The notes under the pieces were generated by a model that made no database searches, had not been told where the DNA came from, and saw only the letters and a list, made by a program, of their open reading frames with translations. A DNA stretch of 64,000 bases from Auanema rhodensis. Taxonomy: Eukaryota; Animalia; Nematoda. Each line of letters begins with the position of its first letter. The first letter of the stretch is position 1. The position numbers and the translations under genes are program-made. Shown piece by piece: positions 1-12,600 of this stretch. The stretch spans positions 1,612,001 through 1,676,000 of the forward strand of contig OZ059896.1 of assembly GCA_964057225.1 (NCBI GenBank). Direction: 5' to 3'.

Positions 1-208
1 AAATTTTTGTCAAAATGTTTTTGGAAGCAATTTTGAGTGTACAAGGAAACTCAACATACACTAATGCATCATTTTTCAAACGATCATAACTAATTTTCGT
101 ATTTAGCTTTTCTCAATGTAGTATAGTGCATTCGATGCGAATTTTTAAGCTGCGTATATCTGTGTTATCAGATTTGCGCTAGCTTAAAAATGCACCGAGA
201 TATCAACT

Positions 209-230
209 GATATAAGTTCACACTTATATC
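209..230. other. Perfect 9-bp inverted repeat with 4-nt loop (offset 209-230 of most monomers)
   Basis: gatataagt-tcac-acttatatc. The acCtatatc allele introduces one mismatch. Confidence 0.9.
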
Positions 231-332
231 CTCGATTTTCACCCTGAGGAATTAATTTTTTCGTTGAATAACATTGTCCATCGTTCTTGCCTTGAAAAAA
301 GGAATCTAAAAACATCTACTTTTTGCTAAATT

Positions 333-367
333 ATTTTGAAATTTTTCGAAAAAATTTTTGTCAAAAT
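333..367. other. Imperfect palindrome with perfect 12-bp core, repeated every 351 bp
   Basis: attttga-aa-tttttcgaaaaa-atttttg-tcaaaat: the core tttttcgaaaaa (342-353) is self-complementary and the outer arms attttga/tcaaaat are complementary. Confidence 0.85.
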
Positions 368-702
368 GTTTTTGGAAGCAATTTTGAGTGTACATGGAAA
401 CTCAACATACACCAATGCATCATTTTTCAAACGATCATAACTAATTTTTGTATTAAGCGTTTCTCAATGTGATATAGTGCATTCGATGCTGATTTTTAAG
501 CTGCGTCGATCTGTGTTATCAGATTTGCGCTAGCTTAAAAATGCACCGAGATATCAACTGATATAAGTTCACACTTATATCCTCGATTTTCACCCTGAAG
601 AATTAATTTTTTCGTTGAATAACATTGTCCATCGTTTTTGCCTTGAAAAAAGGAATCTAAAAATATCTACGTTTTGCTAAATTATTTTGAAATTTTTCGA
701 AA

Positions 703-3700
703 AAATTTTTGTCAAAATGTTTTTGGAAGCAATTTTGAGTGTACATGGAAACTCAACATACACTAATGCATCATTTTTCAAACGATCATAACTAATTTTT
801 GTATTTAGCTTTTCTCAATGTAGTATAGTGCATTCGATGCGGATTTTTAAGCTGCGTAGATCTGTGTTATCAGATTTGCGCTAGCTTAAAAATGCACCGA
901 GATATCAACTGATATAAGTTCACACTTATATCCTCGATTTTCACCCTGAGGAATTAATTTTTTCGTTGAATAACATTGTCCATCGTTTTTGCCTTGAAAA
1001 AAGGAATCTAAAAACATCTACTTTTTGCTAAATTATTTTGAAATTTTTCGAAAAAATTTTTGTCAAAATGTTTTTGGAAGCAATGTTGAGTGTACATGGA
1101 AACTCAACATACACTAATGCATCATTTTTCAAACGATCATAACTAATTTTTGTATTAAGCTTTTCTCAATGTAGTTTAGTGCATTCGATGCGGATTTTTA
1201 AGCTGCGTAGATCTGTGTTATCAGATTTGCGCTAGCTTAAAAATGCACCGAGATATCTACTGATATAAGTTCACACCTATATCCTCGATTTTCACCCTGA
1301 AGAATCAGTTTTTTCGTTGAATAACATTGTCCATCGTTTTTGCCTTGAAAAAAGGAATCTAAAAACATCTACTTTTCGCTAAATCATTTTGAAATTTCTC
1401 GAAAAAATTTTTGTCAAAATGTTTTTGGAAGCAATTTTGAGTGTACATGGAAACTCAACATACACTAATGCATCATTTTTCAAACGATCATAACTAATTT
1501 TTGTATTAAGCGTTTCTCAATGTGATATAGTGCATTCGATGCTGATTTTTAAGCTGCGTCGATCTGTGTTATCAGATTTGCGCTAGCTTAAAAATGCACC
1601 GAGATATCAACTGATATAAGTTCACACTTATATCCTCGATTTTCACCCTGAAGAATTAATTTTTTCGTTGAATAACATTGTCCATCGTTTTTGCCTTGAA
1701 AAAAGGAATCTAAAAATATCTACTTTTTGCTAAATTATTTTGAAATTTTTCGAAAAAATTTTTGTCAAAATGTTTTTGGAAGCAATTTTGAGTGTACATG
1801 GAAACTCAACATACACTAATGCATCATTTTTCAAACGATCATAACTAATTTTTGTATTTAGCTTTTCTCAATGTAGTATAGTGCATTCGATGCGGATTTT
1901 TAACCTGCGTCGATCTGTGTTATCAGATTTGCGCTAGCTTGAAAATGCACCGAGATATCAACTGATATAAGTTCACACCTATATCCTCGATTTTCACCCT
2001 GAAGAATTAATTTTTTCGTTGAATAACATTGTCTATCGTTTTTGCCTTGAAAAAAAGAATCTAAAAACATCTACTTTTTGCTAAATTATTTTGAAATTTT
2101 CCGAAAAAATTTTTGTCAAAATGTTTTTGGAAGCAATTTTGAGTGTACATGGAAACTCAACATACACTAATGCATCATTTTTCAAACGATCATAACTAAT
2201 TTTTGTATTGAGCGTTTCTCAATGTAGTATAGTGCATTCGATGCGGATTTGTAAGCTGCTTCGATCTGTACTAACAGATTTGCGCTAGCTTGAAAATGCA
2301 CCGAGATATCAACTGATATAAGTTCACACCTATATCCTCGATTTTTACCCTGAAGAATTAATTTTTTCGTTGAATAACATTGTCTATCGTTTTTGCCTCG
2401 AAAAAAGGAATCTAAAAACATCTACTTTTCGCTAAATTATTTTGAAATTTTTCGAAAAAATTTTTGTCAAAATGTTTTTGGAAGCAATTTTGAGTGTACA
2501 AGGAAACTCAACATACACTAATGCATCATTTTTCAAACGATCATAACTAATTTTCGTATTTAGCTTTTCTCAATGTAGTATAGTGCATTCGATGCGGATT
2601 TTTAAGCTGCGTAGATCTGTGTTATCAGATTTGCGCTAGCTTAAAAATGCACCGAGATATCAACTGATATAAGTTCACACTTATATCCTCGATTTTCACC
2701 CTGAGGAATTAATTTTTTCGTTGAATAACATTGTCCATCGTTTTTGCCTTGAAAAAAGGAATCTAAAAACATCTACTTTTTGCTAAATTATTTTGAAATT
2801 TTTCGAAAAAATTTTTGTCAAAATGTTTTTGGAAGCAATGTTGAGTGTACATGGAAACTCAACATACACTAATGCATCATTTTTCAAACGATCATAACTA
2901 ATTTTTGTATTAAGCTTTTCTCAATGTAGTTTAGTGCATTCGATGCGGATTTTTAAGCTGCGTAGATCTGTGTTATCAGATTTGCGCTAGCTTAAAAATG
3001 CACCGAGATATCTACTGATATAAGTTCACACCTATATCCTCGATTTTCACCCTGAAGAATCAATTTTTTCGTTGAATAACATTGTCCATCGTTTTTGCCT
3101 TGAAAAAAGGAATCTAAAAACATCTACTTTTCGCTAAATCATTTTGAAATTTCTCGAAAAAATTTTTGTCAAAATGTTTTTGGAAGCAATTTTGAGTGTA
3201 CATGGAAACTCAACATACACTAATGCATCATTTTTCAAACGATCATAACTAATTTTTGTATTAAGCGTTTCTCAATGTGATATAGTGCATTCGATGCTGA
3301 TTTTTAAGCTGCGTCGATCTGTGTTATCAGATTTGCGCTAGCTTAAAAATGCACCGAGATATCAACTGATATAAGTTCACACTTATATCCTCGATTTTCA
3401 CCCTGAAGAATTAATTTTTTCGTTGAATAACATTGTCCATCGTTTTTGCCTTGAAAAAAGGAATCTAAAAATATCTACTTTTTGCTAAATTATTTTGAAA
3501 TTTTTCGAAAAAATTTTTGTCAAAATGTTTTTGGAAGCAATTTTGAGTGTACATGGAAACTCAACATACACTAATGCATCATTTTTCAAACGATCATAAC
3601 TAATTTTTGTATTTAGCTTTTCTCAATGTAGTATAGTGCATTCGATGCGGATTTTTAACCTGCGTCGATCTGTGTTATCAGATTTGCGCTAGCTTGAAAA

Positions 3701-4212
3701 TGCACCGAGATATCAACTGATATAAGTTCACACCTATATCCTCGATTTTCACCCTGAAGAATTAATTTTTTCGTTGAATAACATTGTCTATCGTTTTTGC
3801 CTTGAAAAAAAGAATCTAAAAACATCTACTTTTTGCTAAATTATTTTGAAATTTTTCGAAAAAATTTTTGTCAAAATGTTTTTGGAAGCAATTTTGAGTG
3901 TACATGGAAACTCAACATACACTAATGCATCATTTTTCAAACGATCATAACTAATTTTTGTATTGAGCGTTTCTCAATGTAGTATAGTGCATTCGATGCG
4001 GATTTGTAAGCTGCTTCGATCTGTACTAACAGATTTGCGCTAGCTTGAAAATGCACCGAGATATCAACTGATATAAGTTCACACCTATATCCTCGATTTT
4101 TACCCTGAAGAATTAATTTTTTCGTTGAATAACATTGTCTATCGTTTTTGCCTCGAAAAAAAGAATCTAAAAACATCTACTTTTCGCTAAATTATTTTGA
4201 AATTTTTCGAAA
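703..4212. repeat. 5-monomer higher-order repeat (1755 bp) x2
   Basis: Monomers 3-7 and 8-12 show the same ordered variant types (gagg type, gttg/tctact type, tgtgatata/gctgat type, aacct type, ttgtaag/actaac type). ORF copies at 2182 and 3937 are 1755 bp apart. Confidence 0.85.
834..900 (+). other. Long imperfect inverted repeat present in every monomer (offset 132-198), example copy in monomer 3
   Basis: tcgatgc-gg-atttttaagct-gcgtagatctg-[tgttat]-cagatttgcgc-t-agcttaaaaat-gcaccga: an 11-bp perfect arm, a 1-nt bulge, an 11-bp arm with two G.T pairs, a 6-nt loop, plus an outer 6/7-bp arm. Confidence 0.9.
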
Positions 4213-6669
4213 AACTTTTTGTCAAAATGTTTTTGGAAGCAATTTTGAGTGTACAAGGAAACTCAACATACACTAATGCATCATTTTTCAAACGATCATA
4301 ACTAATTTTCGTATTTAGCTTTTCTCAATGTAGTATAGTGCATTCGATGCGGATTTTTAAGCTGCGTATATCTGTGTTATCAGATTTGCGCTAGCTTAAA
4401 AATGCACCGAGATATCAACTGATATAAGTTCACACTTATATCCTCGATTTTCACCCTGAGGAATTAATTTTTTCGTTGAATAACATTGTCCATCGTTTTT
4501 GCCTTGAAAAAAGGAATCTAAAAACATCTACTTTTTGCTAAATTATTTTGAAATTTTTCGAAAAAATTTTTGTCAAAATGTTTTTGGAAGCAATTTTGAG
4601 TGTACATGGAAACTCAACATACACTAATGCATCATTTTTCAAACGATCATAACTAATTTTTGTATTTAGCTTTTCTCAATGTAGTATAGTGCATTCGATG
4701 CGGATTTTTAACCTGCGTCGATCTGTGTTATCAGATTTGCGCTAGCTTGAAAATGCACCGAGATATCAACTGATATAAGTTCACACCTATATCCTCGATT
4801 TTCACCCTGAAGAATTAATTTTTTCGTTGAATAACATTGTCTATCGTTTTTGCCTTGAAAAAAAGAATCTAAAAACATCTACTTTTTGCTAAATTATTTT
4901 GAAATTTTTCGAAAAAATTTTTGTCAAAATGTTTTTGGAAGCAATTTTGAGTGTACATGGAAACTCAACATACACTAATGCATCATTTTTCAAACGATCA
5001 TAACTAATTTTTGTATTGAGCGTTTCTCAATGTAGTATAGTGCATTCGATGCGGATTTGTAAGCTGCTTCGATCTGTACTAACAGATTTGCGCTAGCTTG
5101 AAAATGCACCGAGATATCAACTGATATAAGTTCACACCTATATCCTCGATTTTTACCCTGAAGAATTAATTTTTTCGTTGAATAACATTGTCTATCGTTT
5201 TTGCCTCGAAAAAAGGAATCTAAAAACATCTACTTTTCGCTAAATTATTTTGAAATTTTTCGAAAAAATTTTTGTCAAAATGTTTTTGGAAGCAATTTTG
5301 AGTGTACAAGGAAACTCAACATACACTAATGCATCATTTTTCAAACGATCATAACTAATTTTCGTATTTAGCTTTTCTCAATGTAGTATAGTGCATTCGA
5401 TGCGGATTTTTAAGCTGCGTATATCTGTGTTATCAGATTTGCGCTAGCTTAAAAATGCACCGAGATATCAACTGATATAAGTTCACACTTATATCCTCGA
5501 TTTTCACCCTGAGGAATTAATTTTTTCGTTGAATAACATTGTCCATCGTTTTTGCCTTGAAAAAAGGAATCTAAAAACATCTACTTTTTGCAAAATTATT
5601 TTGAAATTTTTCGAAAAAATTTTTGTCAAAATGTTTTTGGAAGCAATGTTGAGTGTACATGGAAACTCAACATACACTAATGCATCATTTTTCAAACGAT
5701 CATAACTAATTTTTGTATTAAGCGTTTCTCAATGTAGTATAGTGCATTCGATGCGGATTTTTAAGCTGCGTCGATCTGTACTATCAGATTTGCGCTAGCT
5801 TGAAAATGCACCGAGATATCTACTGATATAAGTTCACACCTATATCCTCGATTTTCACCCTGAAGAATCAATTTTTTCGTTGAATAACATTGTCCATCGT
5901 TTTTGCCTTGAAAAAAGGAATCTAAAAACATCTACTTTTTGCTAAATCATTTTGAAATTTCTCGAAAAAATTTTTGTCAAAATGTTTTTGGAAGCAATTT
6001 TGAGTGTACATGGAAACTCAACATACACTAATGCATCATTTTTCAAACGATCATAACTAATTTTTGTATTGAGCGTTTCTCAATGTAGTATAGTGCATTC
6101 GATGCGGATTTGTAAGCTGCTTCGATCTGTACTAACAGATTTGCGCTAGCTTGAAAATGCACCGAGATATCAACTGATATAAGTTCACACCTATATCCTC
6201 GATTTTTACCCTGAAGAATTAATTTTTTCGTTGAATAACATTGTCTATCGTTTTTGCCTCGAAAAAAGGAATCTAAAAACATCTACTTTTCGCTAAATTA
6301 TTTTGAAATTTTTCGAAAAAATTTTTGTCAAAATGTTTTTGGAAGCAATTTTGAGTGTACAAGGAAACTCAACATACACTAATGCATCATTTTTCAAACG
6401 ATCATAACTAATTTTCGTATTTAGCTTTTCTCAATGTAGTATAGTGCATTCGATGCGGATTTTTAAGCTGCGTAGATCTGTGTTATCAGATTTGCGCTAG
6501 CTTAAAAATGCACCGAGATATCAACTGATATAAGTTCACACTTATATCCTCGATTTTCACCCTGAGGAATTAATTTTTTCGTTGAATAACATTGTCCATC
6601 GTTTTTGCCTTGAAAAAAGGAATCTAAAAACATCTACTTTTTGCTAAATTATTTTGAAATTTTTCGAAA

Positions 6670-9600
6670 AAATTTTTGTCAAAATGTTTTTGGAAGCAAT
6701 GTTGAGTGTACATGGAAACTCAACATACACTAATGCATCATTTTTCAAACGATCATAACTAATTTTTGTATTAAGCGTTTCTCAATGTAGTATAGTGCAT
6801 TCGATGCGGATTTTTAAGCTGCGTCGATCTGTACTATCTGATTTGCGCTAGCTTGAAAATGCACCGAGATATCTACTGATATAAGTTCACACCTATATCC
6901 TCGATTTTCACCCTGAAGAATCAATTTTTTCGTTGAATAACATTGTCCATCGTTTTTGCCTTGAAAAAAGGAATCTAAAAACATCTACTTTTTGCTAAAT
7001 CATTTTGAAATTTCTCGAAAAAATTTTTGTCAAAATGTTTTTGGAAGCAATTTTGAGTGTACATGGAAACTCAACATACACTAATGCATCATTTTTCAAA
7101 CGATCATAACTAATTTTTGTATTTAGCTTTTCTCAATGTAGTATAGTGCATTCGATGCGGATTTTTAAGCTGCGTAGATCTGTGTTATCAGATTTGCGCT
7201 AGCTTAAAAATGCACCGAGATATCAACTGATATAAGTTCACTCTTATATCCTCGATTTTCACCCTGAAGAATTAAATTTTTCGTTGAATAACATTGTCCA
7301 TCGTTTTTGCCTTGAAAAAAGGAATCTAAAAACATCTACTTTTTGCTAAATCATTTTGAAATTTCTCGAAAAAATTTTTGTCAAAATGTTTTTGGAAGCA
7401 ATTTTGAGTGTACATGGAAACTCAACATACACTAATGCATCATTTTTCAAACGATCATAACTAATTTTTGTGTTGAGCGTTTCTCAATGTAGTATAGTGC
7501 ATTCGATGCGGATTTGTAAGCTGCTTCGATCTGTACTAACAGATTTGCGCTAGCTTGAAAATGCACCGAGATATCAACTGATATAAGTTCACACCTATAT
7601 CCTCGATTTTTACCCTGAAGAATTAATTTTTTCGTTGAATAACATTGTCTATCGTTTTTGCCTCGAAAAAAGGAATCTAAAAACATCTACTTTTCGCTAA
7701 ATTATTTTGAAATTTTTCGAAAAAATTTTTGTCAAAATGTTTTTGGAAGCAATTTTGAGTGTACAAGGAAACTCAACATACACTAATGCATCATTTTTCA
7801 AACGATCATAACTAATTTTCGTATTTAGCTTTTCTCAATGTAGTATAGTGCATTCGATGCGGATTTTTAAGCTGCGTATATCTGTGTTATCAGATTTGCG
7901 CTAGCTTAAAAATGCACCGAGATATCAACTGATATAAGTTCACACTTATATCCTCGATTTTCACCCTGAGGAATTAATTTTTTCGTTGAATAACATTGTC
8001 CATCGTTTTTGCCTTGAAAAAAGGAATCTAAAAACATCTACTTTTTGCTAAATTATTTTGAAATTTTTCGAAAAAATTTTTGTCAAAATGTTTTTGGAAG
8101 CAATGTTGAGTGTACATGGAAACTCAACATACACTAATGCATCATTTTTCAAACGATCATAACTAATTTTTGTATTAAGCGTTTCTCAATGTACTATAGT
8201 GCATTCGATGCGGATTTTTAAGCTGCGTAGATCTGTGTTATCAGATTTGCGCTAACTTAAAAATGCACCGAGATATCAACTGATATAAGTTCACACTTAT
8301 ATCCTCGATTTTCACCCTGAGGAATTAATTTTTTCGTTGAATAACATTGTCCATCGTTTTTGCCTTGAAAAAAGGAATCTAAAAACATCTACTTTTTGCT
8401 AAATTATTTTGAAATTTTTCGAAAAAATTTTTGTCAAAATGTTTTTGGAAGCAATGTTGAGTGTACATGGAAACTCAACATACACTAATGCATCATTTTT
8501 CAAACGATCATAACTAATTTTTGTATTAAGCGTTTCTCAATGTAGTATAGTGCATTCGATGCGGATTTTTAAGCTGCGTCGATCTGTACTATCAGATTTG
8601 CGCTAGCTTGAAAATGCACCGAGATATCTACTGATATAAGTTCACACCTATATCCTCGATTTTCACCCTGAAGAATCAATTTTTTCGTTGAATAACATTG
8701 TCCATCGTTTTTGCCTTGAAAAAAGGAATCTAAAAACATTTACTTTTTGCTAAATCATTTTGAAATTTCTCGAAAAAATTTTTGTCAAAATGTTTTTGGA
8801 AGCAATTTTGAGTGTACATGGAAACTCAACATACACTAATGCATCATTTTTCAAACGATCATAACTAATTTTTGTATTTAGCTTTTCTCAATGTAGTATA
8901 GTGCATTCGATGCGGATTTTTAAGCTGCGTAGATCTGTGTTATCAGATTTGCGCTAGCTTAAAAATGCACCGAGATATCAACTGATATAAGTTCACACTT
9001 ATATCCTCGATTTTCACCCTGAAGAATTAAATTTTTCGTTGAATAACATTGTCCATCGTTTTTGCCTTGAAAAAAGGAATCTGAAAACATCTACTTTTTG
9101 CTAAATCATTTTGAAATTTCTCGAAAAAATTTTTGTCAAAATGTTTTTGGAAGCAATTTTGAGTGTACATGGAAACTCAACATACACTAATGCATCATTT
9201 TTCAAACGATCATAACTAATTTTTGTATTAAGCGTTTCTCAATGTGGTATAGTGCATTCGATGCGGATTTTTAAGCTGCGTCGATCTGTGTTATCAGATT
9301 TGCGCTAGCTTAAAAATGCACCGAGATATCAACTGATATAAGTTCACACTTATATCCTCGATTTTCACCCTGAAGAATTAATTTTTTCGTTGAATAACAT
9401 TGTCCATCGTTTTTGCCTTGAAAAAAGGAATCTAAAAATATCTACTTTTTGCTAAATTATTTTGAAATTTTTCGAAAAAATTTTTGTCAAAATGTTTTTG
9501 GAAGCAATTTTGAGTGTACATGGAAACTCAACATACACTAATGCATCATTTTTCGAACGATCATAACTAATTTTTGTATTTAGCTTTTCTCAATGTAGTA

Positions 9601-12600
9601 TAGTGCTTTCGATGCGGATTTTTAAGCTGCGTAGATCTGTGTTATCAGATTTGCGCTAGCTTAAAAATGCACCGAGATATCAACTGATATAAGTTCACAC
9701 TTATATCCTCGATTTTCACCCTGAAGAATTAATTTTTTCGTTGAATAACATTGTCCATCGTTTTTGCCTTGAAAAAAGGAATCTAAAAACATCTACTTTT
9801 TGCTAAATTATTTTGAAATTTTTCGAAAAAATTTTTGTCAAAATGTTTTTGGAAGCAATGTTGAGTGTACATGGAAACTCAACATACACTAATGCATCAT
9901 TTTTCAAACGATCATAACTAATTTTTGTATTAAGCGTTTCTCAATGTAGTATAGTGCATTCGATGCGGATTTTTAAGCTGCGTCGATCTGTGTTATCAGA
10001 TTTGCGCTAGCTTAAAAATGCACCGAGATATCAACTGATATAAGTTCACACTTATATCCTCGATTTTCACCCTGAAGAATTAATTTTTTCGTTGAATAAC
10101 ATTGTCCATCGTTTTTGCCTTGAAAAAAGGAATCTAAAAATATCTACTTTTTGCTAAATTATTTTGAAATTTTTCGAAAAAATTTTTGTCAAAATGTTTT
10201 TGGAAGCAATTTTGAGTGTACATGGAAACTCAACATACACTAATGCATCATTTTTCGAACGATCATAACTAATTTTTGTATTTAGCTTTTCTCAATGTAG
10301 TATAGTGCTTTCGATGCGGATTTTTAAGCTGCGTAGATCTGTGTTATCAGATTTGCGCTAGCTTAAAAATGCACCGAGATATCAACTGATATAAGTTCAC
10401 ACTTATATCCTCGATTTTCACCCTGAAGAATTAATTTTTTCGTTGAATAACATTGTCCATCGTTTTTGCCTTGAAAAAAGGAATCTAAAAACATCTACTT
10501 TTTGCTAAATTATTTTGAAATTTTTCGAAAAAATTTTTGTCAAAATGTTTTTGGAAGCAATGTTGAGTGTACATGGAAACTCAACATACACTAATGCATC
10601 ATTTTTCAAACGATCATAACTAATTTTTGTATTAAGCGTTTCTCAATGTAGTATAGTGCATTCGATGCGGATTTTTAAGCTGCGTCGATCTGTATTATCA
10701 GATTTGCGCTAGCTTGAAAATGCACCGAGATATCTACTGATATAAGTTCACACCTATATCCTCGATTTTCACCCTGAAGAATCAATTTTTTCGTTGAATA
10801 ACATTGTCCATCGTTTTTGCCTTGAAAAAAGGAATCTAAAAACATCTACTTTTTGCTAAATCATTTTGAAATTTCTCGAAAAAATTTTTGTCAAAATGTT
10901 TTTGGAAGCAATTTTGAGTGTACATGGAAACTCAACATACACTAATGCATCATTTTTCAAACGATCATAACTAATTTTTGTATTTAGCTTTTCTCAATGT
11001 AGTATAGTGCATTCGATGCGGATTTTTAAGCTGCGTAGATCTGTGTTATCAGATTTGCGCTAGCTTAAAAATGCACCGAGATATCAACTGATATAAGTTC
11101 ACTCTTATATCCTCGATTTTCACCCTGAAGAATTAAATTTTTCGTTGAATAACATTGTCCATCGTTTTTGCCTTGAAAAAAGGAATCTAAAAACATCTAC
11201 TTTTTGCTAAATCATTTTGAAATTTCTCGAAAAAATTTTTGTCAAAATGTTTTTGGAAGCAATTTTGAGTGTACATGGAAACTCAACATACACTAATGCA
11301 TCATTTTTCAAACGATCATAACTAATTTTTGTGTTGAGCGTTTCTCAATGTAGTATAGTGCATTCGATGCGGATTTGTAAGCTGCTTCGATCTGTACTAA
11401 CAGATTTGCGCTAGCTTGAAAATGCACCGAGATATCAACTGATATAAGTTCACACCTATATCCTCGATTTTTACCCTGAAGAATTAATTTTTTCGTTGAA
11501 TAACATTGTCTATCGTTTTTGCCTCGAAAAAAGGAATCTAAAAACATCTACTTTTCGCTAAATTATTTTGAAATTTTTCGAAAAAATTTTTGTCAAAATG
11601 TTTTTGGAAGCAATTTTGAGTGTACAAGGAAACTCAACATACACTAATGCATCATTTTTCAAACGATCATAACTAATTTTCGTATTTAGCTTTTCTCAAT
11701 GTAGTATAGTGCATTCGATGCGGATTTTTAAGCTGCGTATATCTGTGTTATCAGATTTGCGCTAGCTTAAAAATGCACCGAGATATCAACTGATATAAGT
11801 TCACACTTATATCCTCGATTTTCACCCTGAGGAATTAATTTTTTCGTTGAATAACATTGTCCATCGTTTTTGCCTTGAAAAAAGGAATCTAAAAACATCT
11901 ACTTTTTGCTAAATTATTTTGAAATTTTTCGAAAAAATTTTTGTCAAAATGTTTTTGGAAGCAATGTTGAGTGTACATGGAAACTCAACATACACTAATG
12001 CATCATTTTTCAAACGATCATAACTAATTTTTGTATTAAGCGTTTCTCAATGTACTATAGTGCATTCGATGCGGATTTTTAAGCTGCGTAGATCTGTGTT
12101 ATCAGATTTGCGCTAACTTAAAAATGCACCGAGATATCAACTGATATAAGTTCACACTTATATCCTCGATTTTCACCCTGAGGAATTAATTTTTTCGTTG
12201 AATAACATTGTCCATCGTTTTTGCCTTGAAAAAAGGAATCTAAAAACATCTACTTTTTGCTAAATTATTTTGAAATTTTTCGAAAAAATTTTTGTCAAAA
12301 TGTTTTTGGAAGCAATGTTGAGTGTACATGGAAACTCAACATACACTAATGCATCATTTTTCAAACGATCATAACTAATTTTTGTATTAAGCGTTTCTCA
12401 ATGTAGTATAGTGCATTCGATGCGGATTTTTAAGCTGCGTCGATCTGTACTATCAGATTTGCGCTAGCTTGAAAATGCACCGAGATATCTACTGATATAA
12501 GTTCACACCTATATCCTCGATTTTCACCCTGAAGAATCAATTTTTTCGTTGAATAACATTGTCCATCGTTTTTGCCTTGAAAAAAGGAATCTAAAAACAT

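Noticed and set aside
259-275. CENP-B box-like tttcgttgaataacatt
   Set aside because: It matches only the TTCG....A half of the motif. The essential CGGG is absent.
244-300. Hammerhead-ribozyme-like core: CTGAAGA/CTGAGGA (CUGANGA varying at N) with downstream GAAA. Some animal satellites do encode hammerheads.
   Set aside because: I could not build stem II between CUGANGA and any downstream GAAA, nor a stem I closing directly onto the core. An Infernal search with the Rfam hammerhead models on a monomer dimer would settle it.
1-351. Monomer as an ancient dimer of ~175-bp subunits
   Set aside because: No convincing similarity between the two halves by eye. A self-alignment of the consensus would be needed.
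1-351. Assignment to a named ~350-360 bp satellite family such as Drosophila 1.688 or the Tribolium satellites
   Set aside because: Only length and AT-richness are similar. I do not recognise the sequence and cannot run a search.
320-385. Helically phased A/T tracts producing bent DNA
   Set aside because: T-tract starts (320, 334, 342, 355, 369, 382) are spaced 8-14 bp apart, not a clean 10-11 bp. A curvature calculation would be needed to claim bending.
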